A stretch of 63,668 nt of DNA, counting the filler, from a bacterium (lineage in GTDB: Bacteria > UBA9089 > CG2-30-40-21 > SBAY01): NCBI GenBank assembly GCA_040757115.1. It is 13 parts of 13 records of this genome, joined end to end, with 100 filler letters (N's around TTAATTAATTAA, not from the genome) between each part and the next. Parts side by side here need not be neighbours in the genome. Positions count along the whole stretch, not along the records: positions 1 to 23,235 come from JBFLYA010000042.1; 12 more parts are not named here. The stretch is one strand, 5' to 3'. Shown one piece after another: positions 1-8,116 of the stretch. The position numbers and the translations under genes were made by a program. Below the pieces are notes generated by a model. It was not told the origin of the DNA. It ran no database searches and saw only the letters and a program-made list of their open reading frames with translations. Position 1 is the stretch's first letter. Each line of letters starts with the position of its first letter.

Positions 1-124
1 AGTAAATTTCGTGTCTTCACACTATTTCTACTATCGGCAAAAGACCTTTCTTTATTTAGCTAATTCGTGCCAAAAACTTCTATCATATTGAGTCCTATCC
101 AAAAACTTGAACATCGAGTAATAG
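1..124 (-). mobile_element. IS terminal (left-end) segment, DDE IS701/IS4-like, inserted into the HEPN gene
   Basis: Near-identical to 60866-60989, where the same sequence leads into a minus-strand transposase-like start (MFISKKILPFIKNYVEELNK). The shared sequence ends at ...CATCGAGTAATAG in both copies. Confidence 0.7.
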
Positions 125-648
125 CAATAGCGTTTATCTTTACCTTGATGGAAAATCTTCGTAACTATCTCTTTCAAAGATACACCGGTGTAATGCTCAA
201 AAAGATAGATGGGAAATTCAAAGCATTCAACGAGTATATCAAAATAAATCCCGAGTTAGAGAAACGACTACAACAAAAGAATCTGCAGTATGAGAATAGT
301 CCTAATAGGATTGTCTTACTTGAGATTTTAAAATGGAAGAATGAAGAGATTAAAGACGATTCTCTTACAAATATCCTGAAATTTATTGAAGACCTGGAAA
401 GGGAAAAAGAGACTTCTAATTATGGCAAAATCTCTCTGTCAGATTTAAGGAACAATGGACCTCTTGCTCATGGAACTAAGGGTATATCAGAACAACTGCT
501 AAAAGAGATTTATCCACCTTACGGAAAGGATGGATTATTTAATGATACCAAAACCTTCTTGATAAAGATTTGTGATTTTAAAGGGGAGTGGCATAATCCT
601 TATGATATGATAAATCAGAAAATAATTGAATTGATGGAGCAACAGTAA
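125..648 (+). pseudogene. 3' fragment of a CRISPR-associated HEPN ribonuclease (Csx1/Csm6-like, probably CARF-HEPN), truncated by an IS
   Basis: HEPN Rx(4-6)H motif LRNNGPLAHG. Stop lies 10 nt before the RT-primase gene. The first ~19 codons of the track ORF (67..) derive from the IS end. Confidence 0.6.
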
Positions 649-658
649 CGGATAAAAA

Positions 659-3523
659 ATGGCAGGAGACAAAATAATTAGTTCATCCCTTTGGCATAAA
701 CTTATTTCTGAAGATAACCTCTACTCTGCCTGGCTTAAGGTAGCCGGGAATATGGGCGCAGGAGGAATAGATAGGGTTAGTATAGAGGATTTTCAACTAA
801 ATCTCCATGAAAATCTTGAGATTATCAAAACCCTGCTTGAGAAACAAGGGTATAACTTCTTACCCTTAATTAGGTTTGAAATAGATAAACCTTCCGGTGG
901 TAAACGACCTTTAGGCATACCCGCGGTAAGGGATAGAATTGTTGAACAGGCTTTACTGATGGTGCTTCAACCAGTATTTGATAAAGATTTCCTCAATTGC
1001 AGTTATGCCTATAGACCAGGTAAATCTCCACATAAGGCGCTAAATAGGGTTGAGCAGTATCTAAAAAATGGCAATCATTGGATGGTAGATGCAGATATTG
1101 ACTCGTTCTTCGAGACTATTGACCATAATCTGTTGATAAAATTTATTGAGCAGAAGATAAGTGATTTTAGAATAATTGAGCTTATAAAAAGGCTACTTAC
1201 AAAAACAGGAGAGATAGAAGATAAAGGCATATCTCAAGGGGCAGTCATCTCACCATTATTGGCTAACATCTATCTTCATCAATTTGACTTAAAGATTACT
1301 GGATATGGATATAGGTTAGTAAGATATGCTGATGATTTCTTAATTCTATGTAAATCTAAGAATGAAGCAGAAGAAGCCTTTAATCTGGCGGCTCGCACTT
1401 TGGAGGAATTGCATCTAAGAATTAATGAGGCAAAGACAAAGATACATAATTTGGAGGATGGATTTATATTCCTGGGATACCAATTTAGCCCAAAAGGGAA
1501 AAGTCCTTCCCCAAAAGCAGTGGAAAGACTCAAAAATAAGATTAAAACGGAGGCTAATCAATTGAATCCATCAAAGGAACGATTGAGGAGTATTATTTGT
1601 GGTTGGAGAGGCTACTTTAAACTTGACCCAGAAAGAGATACGGATTTGATAAAGGCACTTGAGGAAATTTTAAACACAGAACCACAATCTATCCCTGCTC
1701 ATTTAGCTCTCGCCGCTTGTGCTATAGAGGCTGGAGATATTAAAAAGGCTTATGAAATTGCCTCAAATAGAACAAAGTTGCCAGCTTCAGATGCCCCTGA
1801 AACTCATTATCAATGGGGTGTGGTTTATGATGAATTAGATAAGCCTGAGGAAGCCGCTGAAGAGTTCTTTAATACCCTGAAACTCAATCCACAACATAAA
1901 GATGCCTTTTATAGCTTAGGCTTACTTTATCTTAACCAGAAAAAGGTTGATAAATCTATTCGCTACTTTCAAAAGGCAATTCAGATTGACCCTGAGTTTG
2001 CCCTCTCCTATTATGGGCTTGGGTCAGCATTGGAACAATGGGGACTTCGTGGAGCTTCTGCAAAGGCATTTAAAAAGGCTTTTGAACTCAATCCAGAACT
2101 TAAAGAAAGTAGATGCATTAAAGAAGTAGAAAAAGGTAAAGAAAAACTACCATACAACGGATTGGATTTTAGCCTATTTTTAAATCTGTTTATGGGCAGA
2201 GAAGGGGTTTATGCTAAACAATGGGTTGATAGTGGTGGTAAAACAGGATATTTACCCGTAAGAAGTCCTTTAGGCGAAAAGGAAATTAAAGCACATTTAT
2301 CTGGCGAGCAAACTATAGGAATGTATCTTATAAGAGCAGATAATACTGTCAAGGTAATGGTGATAGATATTGATGTAAATAAAAAGATGATACTCAAGTA
2401 TAGCCTCGATGAGGAAATGATGAAAACATTTGATAAAAAGACACAGGAAGATGCTAATAAAATTAGTAGTTTTTGTAATGAATTGGGAATCAATGCCTAT
2501 ATTGAGGATAGTGGTTATAAAGGGAGACATTGCTGGTTTTTCTTTAAACAGCCTCTACGGGCTTCAGAGGTAAGGGAACTTGGGATGATTATTATGAAGA
2601 AGGTTGGTGAACCCGCAGAGGGTATTCATCGAGAACTCTTTCCTATACAAAATATGGTTTCTTCAGATGGCTTAGGTTGTCTGATTAAACTCCCATTAGG
2701 GAAACACAGGGTAACCCAAAAGCGTGCTCTATTTGTAGATTATAAGGGTATCCCTTATTCAGACCAGGCAGAATTTATAAAGGGAATAAAGTTGATAACC
2801 AACGAGGATATTAAACAGGCTATTGAAAGATTACATCTCGAAGTTCAACAAAAAGAAGAGATTTTAAAAGAGGAACCCCAAGATGAATCCATTCAGAAGG
2901 TCATTCAAGGATGTAATGTATTGAGATTTCTGGTTAATAAGGCAAAAGAAACAAAAGACCTTAATCACTACGAAAGATTAGTGCTACTTTATTCCCTGGG
3001 ACATTTAGGTGATGAAGGCAAAAGATACATCCATTATGTTATGAGTCATTGCTTAAATTATAGTTTTCATATCACCCAGCGGTGGTGTAACCGACTTCAG
3101 TATTCTCCTATAAGTTGTCCCAAAATTAGAGACTGGTTATCTAATATTACGCCAGCCATAGGTTGTTACTGTGAATTTAAATTACCAGAAGGCGGCTATC
3201 CCTCACCAGTTCTTTACGCTAATCCCAATGCTACAAAACAAATGGGGATGAAAAAAGACGCTATAGTTAGTCAACATCAACCAGTTTATATTAAAGAAGA
3301 AAAACCAACAGCACTGGCAGAAGGAGAATCTATTGATGAGATAGTGAAAAGATATATTGAGCTTAAAAAACACAAAAGAACAATTGAATTAGACCTGCAA
3401 AAACAAGAGCATAGACTTAATTCGCTATTTGATACAAAAAAGACTGATTCTATCTTGACTGAATTTGGTGTATTAAATAGAATAAACCAGGAAGACAAAA
3501 CTATTTGGATGATTGAGATTTAA
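659..3523 (+). CDS. Reverse transcriptase - TPR - AEP primase-polymerase (CAPP-like) - PriL-like Cys domain fusion, CRISPR-associated
   Basis: RT motifs GAGGID, RPLGIPAVRDR, SYAYRPGKS, DADIDSFF, GISQGAVISPLLANIYL, YADD (1325-1336), FLGY and GWRGYF. About 4 TPRs. AEP motifs DID (2366-2374), SGYKGRH (2510-2530), ELFP and LIKLPLG. Cys cluster GCNVL/HCLNY/PISC/CYC. Confidence 0.9.
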   Translation: MAGDKIISSSLWHKLISEDNLYSAWLKVAGNMGAGGIDRVSIEDFQLNLHENLEIIKTLLEKQGYNFLPLIRFEIDKPSGGKRPLGIPAVRDRIVEQALLMVLQPVFDKDFLNCSYAYRPGKSPHKALNRVEQYLKNGNHWMVDADIDSFFETIDHNLLIKFIEQKISDFRIIELIKRLLTKTGEIEDKGISQGAVISPLLANIYLHQFDLKITGYGYRLVRYADDFLILCKSKNEAEEAFNLAARTLEELHLRINEAKTKIHNLEDGFIFLGYQFSPKGKSPSPKAVERLKNKIKTEANQLNPSKERLRSIICGWRGYFKLDPERDTDLIKALEEILNTEPQSIPAHLALAACAIEAGDIKKAYEIASNRTKLPASDAPETHYQWGVVYDELDKPEEAAEEFFNTLKLNPQHKDAFYSLGLLYLNQKKVDKSIRYFQKAIQIDPEFALSYYGLGSALEQWGLRGASAKAFKKAFELNPELKESRCIKEVEKGKEKLPYNGLDFSLFLNLFMGREGVYAKQWVDSGGKTGYLPVRSPLGEKEIKAHLSGEQTIGMYLIRADNTVKVMVIDIDVNKKMILKYSLDEEMMKTFDKKTQEDANKISSFCNELGINAYIEDSGYKGRHCWFFFKQPLRASEVRELGMIIMKKVGEPAEGIHRELFPIQNMVSSDGLGCLIKLPLGKHRVTQKRALFVDYKGIPYSDQAEFIKGIKLITNEDIKQAIERLHLEVQQKEEILKEEPQDESIQKVIQGCNVLRFLVNKAKETKDLNHYERLVLLYSLGHLGDEGKRYIHYVMSHCLNYSFHITQRWCNRLQYSPISCPKIRDWLSNITPAIGCYCEFKLPEGGYPSPVLYANPNATKQMGMKKDAIVSQHQPVYIKEEKPTALAEGESIDEIVKRYIELKKHKRTIELDLQKQEHRLNSLFDTKKTDSILTEFGVLNRINQEDKTIWMIEI

Positions 3524-3524
3524 A

Positions 3525-4520
3525 ATGGCTACCTTATATTTAACCGAACAAGGTTCTGTAGTAAAGAAAAAGTCACGACGATTGGTAGTGGCTAAAAAAG
3601 AGGAGATTTTGGCAGAAGTTCCTACCTTCAATCTCGAAAGGGTAATTATCTATGGGAATGTCCAGATTACTACGCAGACATTAAACTTCCTTTTAGAATC
3701 AGGGATTGAAACAAGTTTTATGTCAACTCATGGGAAATTCCATGGCAGGCTTGCACCTATGGAATCAAAGAATATTCTATTACGAATTGCTCAGTATGAG
3801 CGATACTTAGATGAAGAGTTTCAAGTAAATCATAGCAAGAGAATAGTAGAGGCAAAGATAAAGAATGGGAGGACAATTATTCAGCGGTATATATCTAATC
3901 ATCCAGAAGTAGATTTTGGAAATGTGGTTGAGGAACTTGCTCAGTCCTTAAAAAGTCTTCAAAACAAAGAAAGGGTTTCAACTATATTAGGCGTAGAGGG
4001 ACAATCTACCGCTAACTATTTTCAAGCCTTTGGGAAAATGTTTAGAGGAGATCTAAAGTTTGCGGGGCGATGCCGGCGTCCCCCTAAGGACCCCATTAAT
4101 GCCCTATTAAGTTTTGGTTATATGCTGATTACTAATGAAATATTATCCATCCTTTGCGCTATAGGTTTTGACCCTTATATTGGGTATCTTCATGGCATTG
4201 ATTATGGTCGGCCATCACTTGCCCTGGATTTGGTTGAAGAATTTAGACATCCAGTAGTTGATAGATTTACCCTGAATTTGATTAATAACCATATCCTCTC
4301 TGAGGATGATTTTGAAAATAAGGGAGAGGAAGGAATCTATTTGAAAAAAGAAGCTCTGACAAAATATTTTGCTCAATATGAACAGATGATAACTCATTCA
4401 TTTACAGATTTTTCTTCAAATGAAAAGATAAATTATAGACTCTTATTTAAAAATCAGGCTTATAAATTGGCTAAAACTATTCAGACAAAAGAACCTTATC
4501 AACCTTTTTTAGTGAGATAA
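3525..4520 (+). CDS. cas1: CRISPR-associated endonuclease Cas1
   Basis: MATLYLTEQGS start, GVEG, RRPPKDPINALLSFGY, GYLHG, SLALDLVEEFR. Confidence 0.97.
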   Translation: MATLYLTEQGSVVKKKSRRLVVAKKEEILAEVPTFNLERVIIYGNVQITTQTLNFLLESGIETSFMSTHGKFHGRLAPMESKNILLRIAQYERYLDEEFQVNHSKRIVEAKIKNGRTIIQRYISNHPEVDFGNVVEELAQSLKSLQNKERVSTILGVEGQSTANYFQAFGKMFRGDLKFAGRCRRPPKDPINALLSFGYMLITNEILSILCAIGFDPYIGYLHGIDYGRPSLALDLVEEFRHPVVDRFTLNLINNHILSEDDFENKGEEGIYLKKEALTKYFAQYEQMITHSFTDFSSNEKINYRLLFKNQAYKLAKTIQTKEPYQPFLVR

Positions 4521-4524
4521 AAAG

Positions 4525-4800
4525 ATGTTTATAGTTGTTTCTTATGATGTCAGGAATGATAAAAAAAGGAATAAGATTGCTAATCTTATGGAAGATTATG
4601 GGACAAGAGTCCAATATAGCGTCTTTGAATGCCATTTAAATCAAAAAGTATTTGACAGGATGGTAAAGGATGTGTTAAAATATCTTCAGATTGAGAAAGA
4701 TAGTCTGCGAATCTATAAGATTTGTGAAGATTGTATTTCAAGGATAGAGGTTTACGGCGTGGGCAGAGTAACAGAAGATGAAGAAGTAATTATTATTTAA
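4525..4800 (+). CDS. cas2: CRISPR-associated endoribonuclease Cas2
   Basis: VVSYDV, YGTRVQYSVFEC, DSLRIY; 91 aa directly after cas1. Confidence 0.97.
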   Translation: MFIVVSYDVRNDKKRNKIANLMEDYGTRVQYSVFECHLNQKVFDRMVKDVLKYLQIEKDSLRIYKICEDCISRIEVYGVGRVTEDEEVIII

Positions 4801-4992
4801 AAACTGAGAATGGGGTTAGTGAAAAAATTGGTCCACCGAGAGGAACCTTGAAAAATAAGGGGAAATTGAGGTAAGTGGTGTTAAAAACAAGCAAAAATTT
4901 GTTTGATTGGAGGTAATTTTTTAATGAAAAAAAGGAGGTTATCGGAAAGTGGGTTATAAGTCTAATAGTATCAAGGGCAAAAACACACCGCA
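4801..4992 (+). promoter_or_regulatory. CRISPR leader
   Basis: AT-rich non-coding stretch between cas2 and the first repeat; degenerate repeats lie at the far end of the array. Confidence 0.75.
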
Positions 4993-6741
4993 GTAGGAAA
5001 ATAAGACCTGATGAATAAGGGATTGCGACTAATGATAAATTATCGTAGATGGAGGCTTCAAAAAGTAGGAAAATAAGACCTGATGAATAAGGGATTGCGA
5101 CATAAGTAAGAAAATTATCAACATCTTGACTATATTTCGTAGGAAAATAAGACCTGATGAATAAGGGATTGCGACTTATCAATAGTAACAGTAGCTGCGG
5201 GTGGTGAAACTGATGTAGGAAAATAAGACCTGATGAATAAGGGATTGCGACATACCTAAATCCAGGTTTATAGCCTGGAGCTTTTTATAAGTAGGAAAAT
5301 AAGACCTGATGAATAAGGGATTGCGACATAATTCTAATATATGCTCCATTTTTATACCTTCCATTTTTAGTAGGAAAATAAGACCTGATGAATAAGGGAT
5401 TGCGACTGTTATAAATGCTATCCAAGAAAAGTTCGGAAGTCAAGCGTAGGAAAATAAGACCTGATGAATAAGGGATTGCGACTGTGGCACGGGAGGATGA
5501 AGAATCGTGTCACGGTCTGTAGGAAAATAAGACCTGATGAATAAGGGATTGCGACGTTGACCTCGACCAAAAAAAATAGCCCTCATTTGTTAGTAGGAAA
5601 ATAAGACCTGATGAATAAGGGATTGCGACACTCCCGAAATGCCTGCTACCGCTATTTTTCTCATACTGTAGGAAAATAAGACCTGATGAATAAGGGATTG
5701 CGACAATACCATCGCAATTCTAAATTTTTTCATTTTACTTGTAGGAAAATAAGACCTGATGAATAAGGGATTGCGACACATAAAGGAGCACTACAGGACA
5801 TTCTACTTTTGCGTAGGAAAATAAGACCTGATGAATAAGGGATTGCGACAAATGGTTGCGGTCCCGTAGATTTTCTTATCCGAGGTGTAGGAAAATAAGA
5901 CCTGATGAATAAGGGATTGCGACATTTTTTGTCATCCATTCTTTAATTCGAGCAATTTTTTCGTAGGAAAATAAGACCTGATGAATAAGGGATTGCGACT
6001 TCTTCTATTTCTTGTTCTAATCCATATATATTCAGTAGGAAAATAAGACCTGATGAATAAGGGATTGCGACCTCCGTCTGCCGAACCAGATGAATTACTA
6101 TTTCTTGAGTAGGAAAATAAGACCTGATGAATAAGGGATTGCGACGATATGAAGAATGGTCGTTTAGAGTAACTTCTCCTTGGTAGGAAAATAAGACCTG
6201 ATGAATAAGGGATTGCGACGTAAAAATCTGTCTTCATTATTTATTAACCTCTTGATGTAGGAAAATAAGACCTGATGAATAAGGGATTGCGACANNNNNN
6301 NNNNNNNNNNNNNNNNNNNNNNNNNNNNNNNNNNNNNNNNNNNNNNNNNNNNNNNNNNNNNNNNNNNNNNNNNNNNNNNNNNNNNNNNNNNNNNAGTAAC
6401 TTCTCCTTGGTAGGAAAATAAGACCTGATGAATAAGGGATTGCGACGTAAAAATCTGTCTTCATTATTTATTAACCTCTTGATGTAGGAAAATAAGACCT
6501 GATGAATAAGGGATTGCGACATTTTAATTCTCCTATATGTCCTCAATTTCATTTCTTGTAGGAAAATAAGACCTGATGAATAAGGGATTGCGACAATTAA
6601 AGAGAGGATTCGCTGCGAATCGGTTTCTCCGTAGGAAAATAAGACCTGATGAATAAGGGATTGCGACTCTATATAATAGATGATAAGAAAAAATTTTTTT
6701 ATTTGTAGGAAAATAAGACCTGATGAATAAGGGATTGCGAC
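4993..6741 (+). CRISPR. CRISPR array, 37-bp repeat GTAGGAAAATAAGACCTGATGAATAAGGGATTGCGAC, 23 full repeats (about 21 after removing assembly overlap), 20 unique spacers of 35-42 nt; type III-like
   Basis: Identical repeats from 4993 to 6741 with an internal N gap at 6295-6394. Degenerate repeat remnants at 7182-7206 and 7295-7319. Confidence 0.98.
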
Positions 6742-6797
6742 GAAGAAAACGGGGCTCGGGACTCGGGACTCGGGACTCGGGGAAAAAGGAGGGTGAA

Positions 6798-7154
6798 ATG
6801 AAAGATTATAAGGAGTTAGAAGTATGGCAGAAAGCTACTGATTTAGTAGTAGAAATATACAAGGAAACGAAATCTTTTCCTCAAGAGGAAAGGTATGGAT
6901 TAACCTCACAGATGCAAAGGGCAGCCATTTCAGTTTCAGCAAATATAGCTGAAGGGTGGGCTCGAGGCTCAACGAGAGAATATATTCAATTTTTGATGAT
7001 AGCCAGAGGTTCTCTGATGGAATTAGAAACACATCTGATTATCTCTAAAAGATTAAGTTACATTCAACCTCAGGTTTTAGAGGGGATGGAAAAAAGGATA
7101 GTGAGTATTTGTATGATGTTGAATCGTTTGATTCAAAGTCTCAAGAAACATTAA
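6798..7154 (+). CDS. Four helix bundle protein (23S rRNA IVP/S23-like, Avd-like fold) inside the CRISPR trailer
   Basis: MKDYKELEVWQKA...FPQEERYGLTSQMQRAAISVSANIAEG...FLMIARGSLMELET; GGAGGG RBS upstream. Confidence 0.9.
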   Translation: MKDYKELEVWQKATDLVVEIYKETKSFPQEERYGLTSQMQRAAISVSANIAEGWARGSTREYIQFLMIARGSLMELETHLIISKRLSYIQPQVLEGMEKRIVSICMMLNRLIQSLKKH

Positions 7155-7172
7155 TTTCTCTTCCCGAGCCCC

Positions 7173-7319
7173 GAACTTAACGACCTGATGAATAAGGGAT
7201 TGCGAGAAAGAAAACGGGACTCGGGGTCCGGGACTCGGGACTCGGGGGAAATTCCCCGTGCCCCGAGCCCCGCGTCCCGTGTCCCGAACTTAACGACCTG
7301 ATGAATAGGGGATTGCGAC
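7173..7319 (+). repeat. Two degenerate CRISPR repeats flanking an empty GGGACTC/CCCGAGC hairpin cassette
   Basis: GAACTTAAC-GACCTGATGAATA(A/G)GGGATTGCGA occurs twice; the intervening heptamer inverted repeats match those flanking the four-helix gene. Confidence 0.85.
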
Positions 7320-7384
7320 AAGAAAAACAAAAATGAAAATTTTTCGACCTGTGCAGGTAGAAAATTAAGGAAGCAGATTTTTAA

Positions 7385-7665
7385 TAGTAAGCGGGTGGAT
7401 TTAGTAAGCGGATTTAACGGATTTAGCGGAAAAAGAAATAAAAAAAAATCCGCTCAATCCGTTTAATCCGCTTACAATAAAAAAATGTAATCTGTTTAAT
7501 CAGCTTACAAAAAAATTCGACCTGTGAAATAGAAATATTTGTGTAAGAAGGGGGATAAGGGGATAAAGGAGATATGGAGATATCAGAGCTAAAGAAAAGG
7601 CAGATTTTAGAAAAGTGGAATTAGAATAATATCCCCTTATCTCCTTAATCTTCCTATCTCCTTTT
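7385..7665. repeat. Two hairpin-type dispersed repeats (GCGGATTTA-like and GGGATAAGG-like periodic inverted arrays)
   Basis: GTAAGCGGATTTAACGGATTTAGCGGA ... TCCGCTCAATCCGTTTAATCCGCTTAC; GGGGATAAGGGGATA ... TATCCCCTTATCTCC (related copies near 15351 and 57758). Confidence 0.7.
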
Positions 7666-7796
7666 CGGACACCAAGTAGTGGAGTATAATTTTGTTTTCC
7701 CATGTCGATTTTTTTTATTCTGAGATAAACATTTTACTTGCAAATTTTTAATTTATATGTTATTATTAATCAGATGACTAAATAGTTACATTAAAT

Positions 7797-8004
7797 GTAA
7801 CTATTCACCACGAAGGGTACGGAGAGCACGAAGTGAAATTTGATGAATTATCGAATAGAGTCATTGGATGCGCTATAGCGGTGCATCGAACTCTTGGACC
7901 AGGTTTGCTTGACACCGTGAAGAGTGATAATTCACAATTGACAATTCACCATTCACCATTATTAAGGAAATTTAGGGAAAAAATTGTGAATGGTGAATAG
8001 TTAC
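7797..8004 (+). mobile_element. MITE-like element with a GxxExxY N-terminal fragment
   Basis: TIR GTAACTATTCACCA/TGGTGAATAGTTAC, flanking 8-bp direct repeat CATTAAAT; encodes (M)KFDELSNRVIGCAIAVHRTLGPGLL. Confidence 0.85.
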
Positions 8005-8016
8005 CATTAAATCAAT

Positions 8017-8092
8017 GTCCCCATCGACTAGAGGCCCAGGTCACCACCCTTTCAAGGTGGCAGCGGGGGTTCGAATCCCCCTGGGGACACCA
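8017..8092 (+). tRNA. tRNA-Glu (TTC)
   Basis: GTCCCCA/TGGGGAC acceptor stem, anticodon arm CCACC-CTTTCAA-GGTGG, GGTTCGAATCC T-loop, encoded CCA. Confidence 0.97.
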
Positions 8093-8116
8093 GTTTTATC
8101 TTAAGGTAAAAATGAA

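Noticed and set aside
67-124. Shared N-terminus MPKTSIILSPIQKLEHRVI on ORFs 67 and 60932
   Set aside because: It is read-through from the same IS end, not a protein domain or signal.
659-1650. Mobile group II intron
   Set aside because: The RT starts 10 nt after the upstream stop and continues in frame into TPR/AEP domains, leaving no room for intron RNA domains.
6395-6520. Duplicated spacers in the array
   Set aside because: They repeat the sequence just before the 100-N gap and are most likely a scaffolding overlap.
4793-6552. Minus-strand ORFs with VAIPYSSGLIFL repeats
   Set aside because: Translations of CRISPR repeats.
6668-6704. Last spacer resembling host sequence at ~32535-32550 (self-targeting)
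   Set aside because: Only a short gapped AT-rich match, expected by chance.
659-7154. Diversity-generating retroelement (RT plus Avd-like four-helix protein)
   Set aside because: No TR/VR pair with adenine-specific mismatches was seen. The RT has the group II-like QG..ISP signature and CRISPR context, and the 285-bp repeats at 28.7-29.6 kb differ at all base types.
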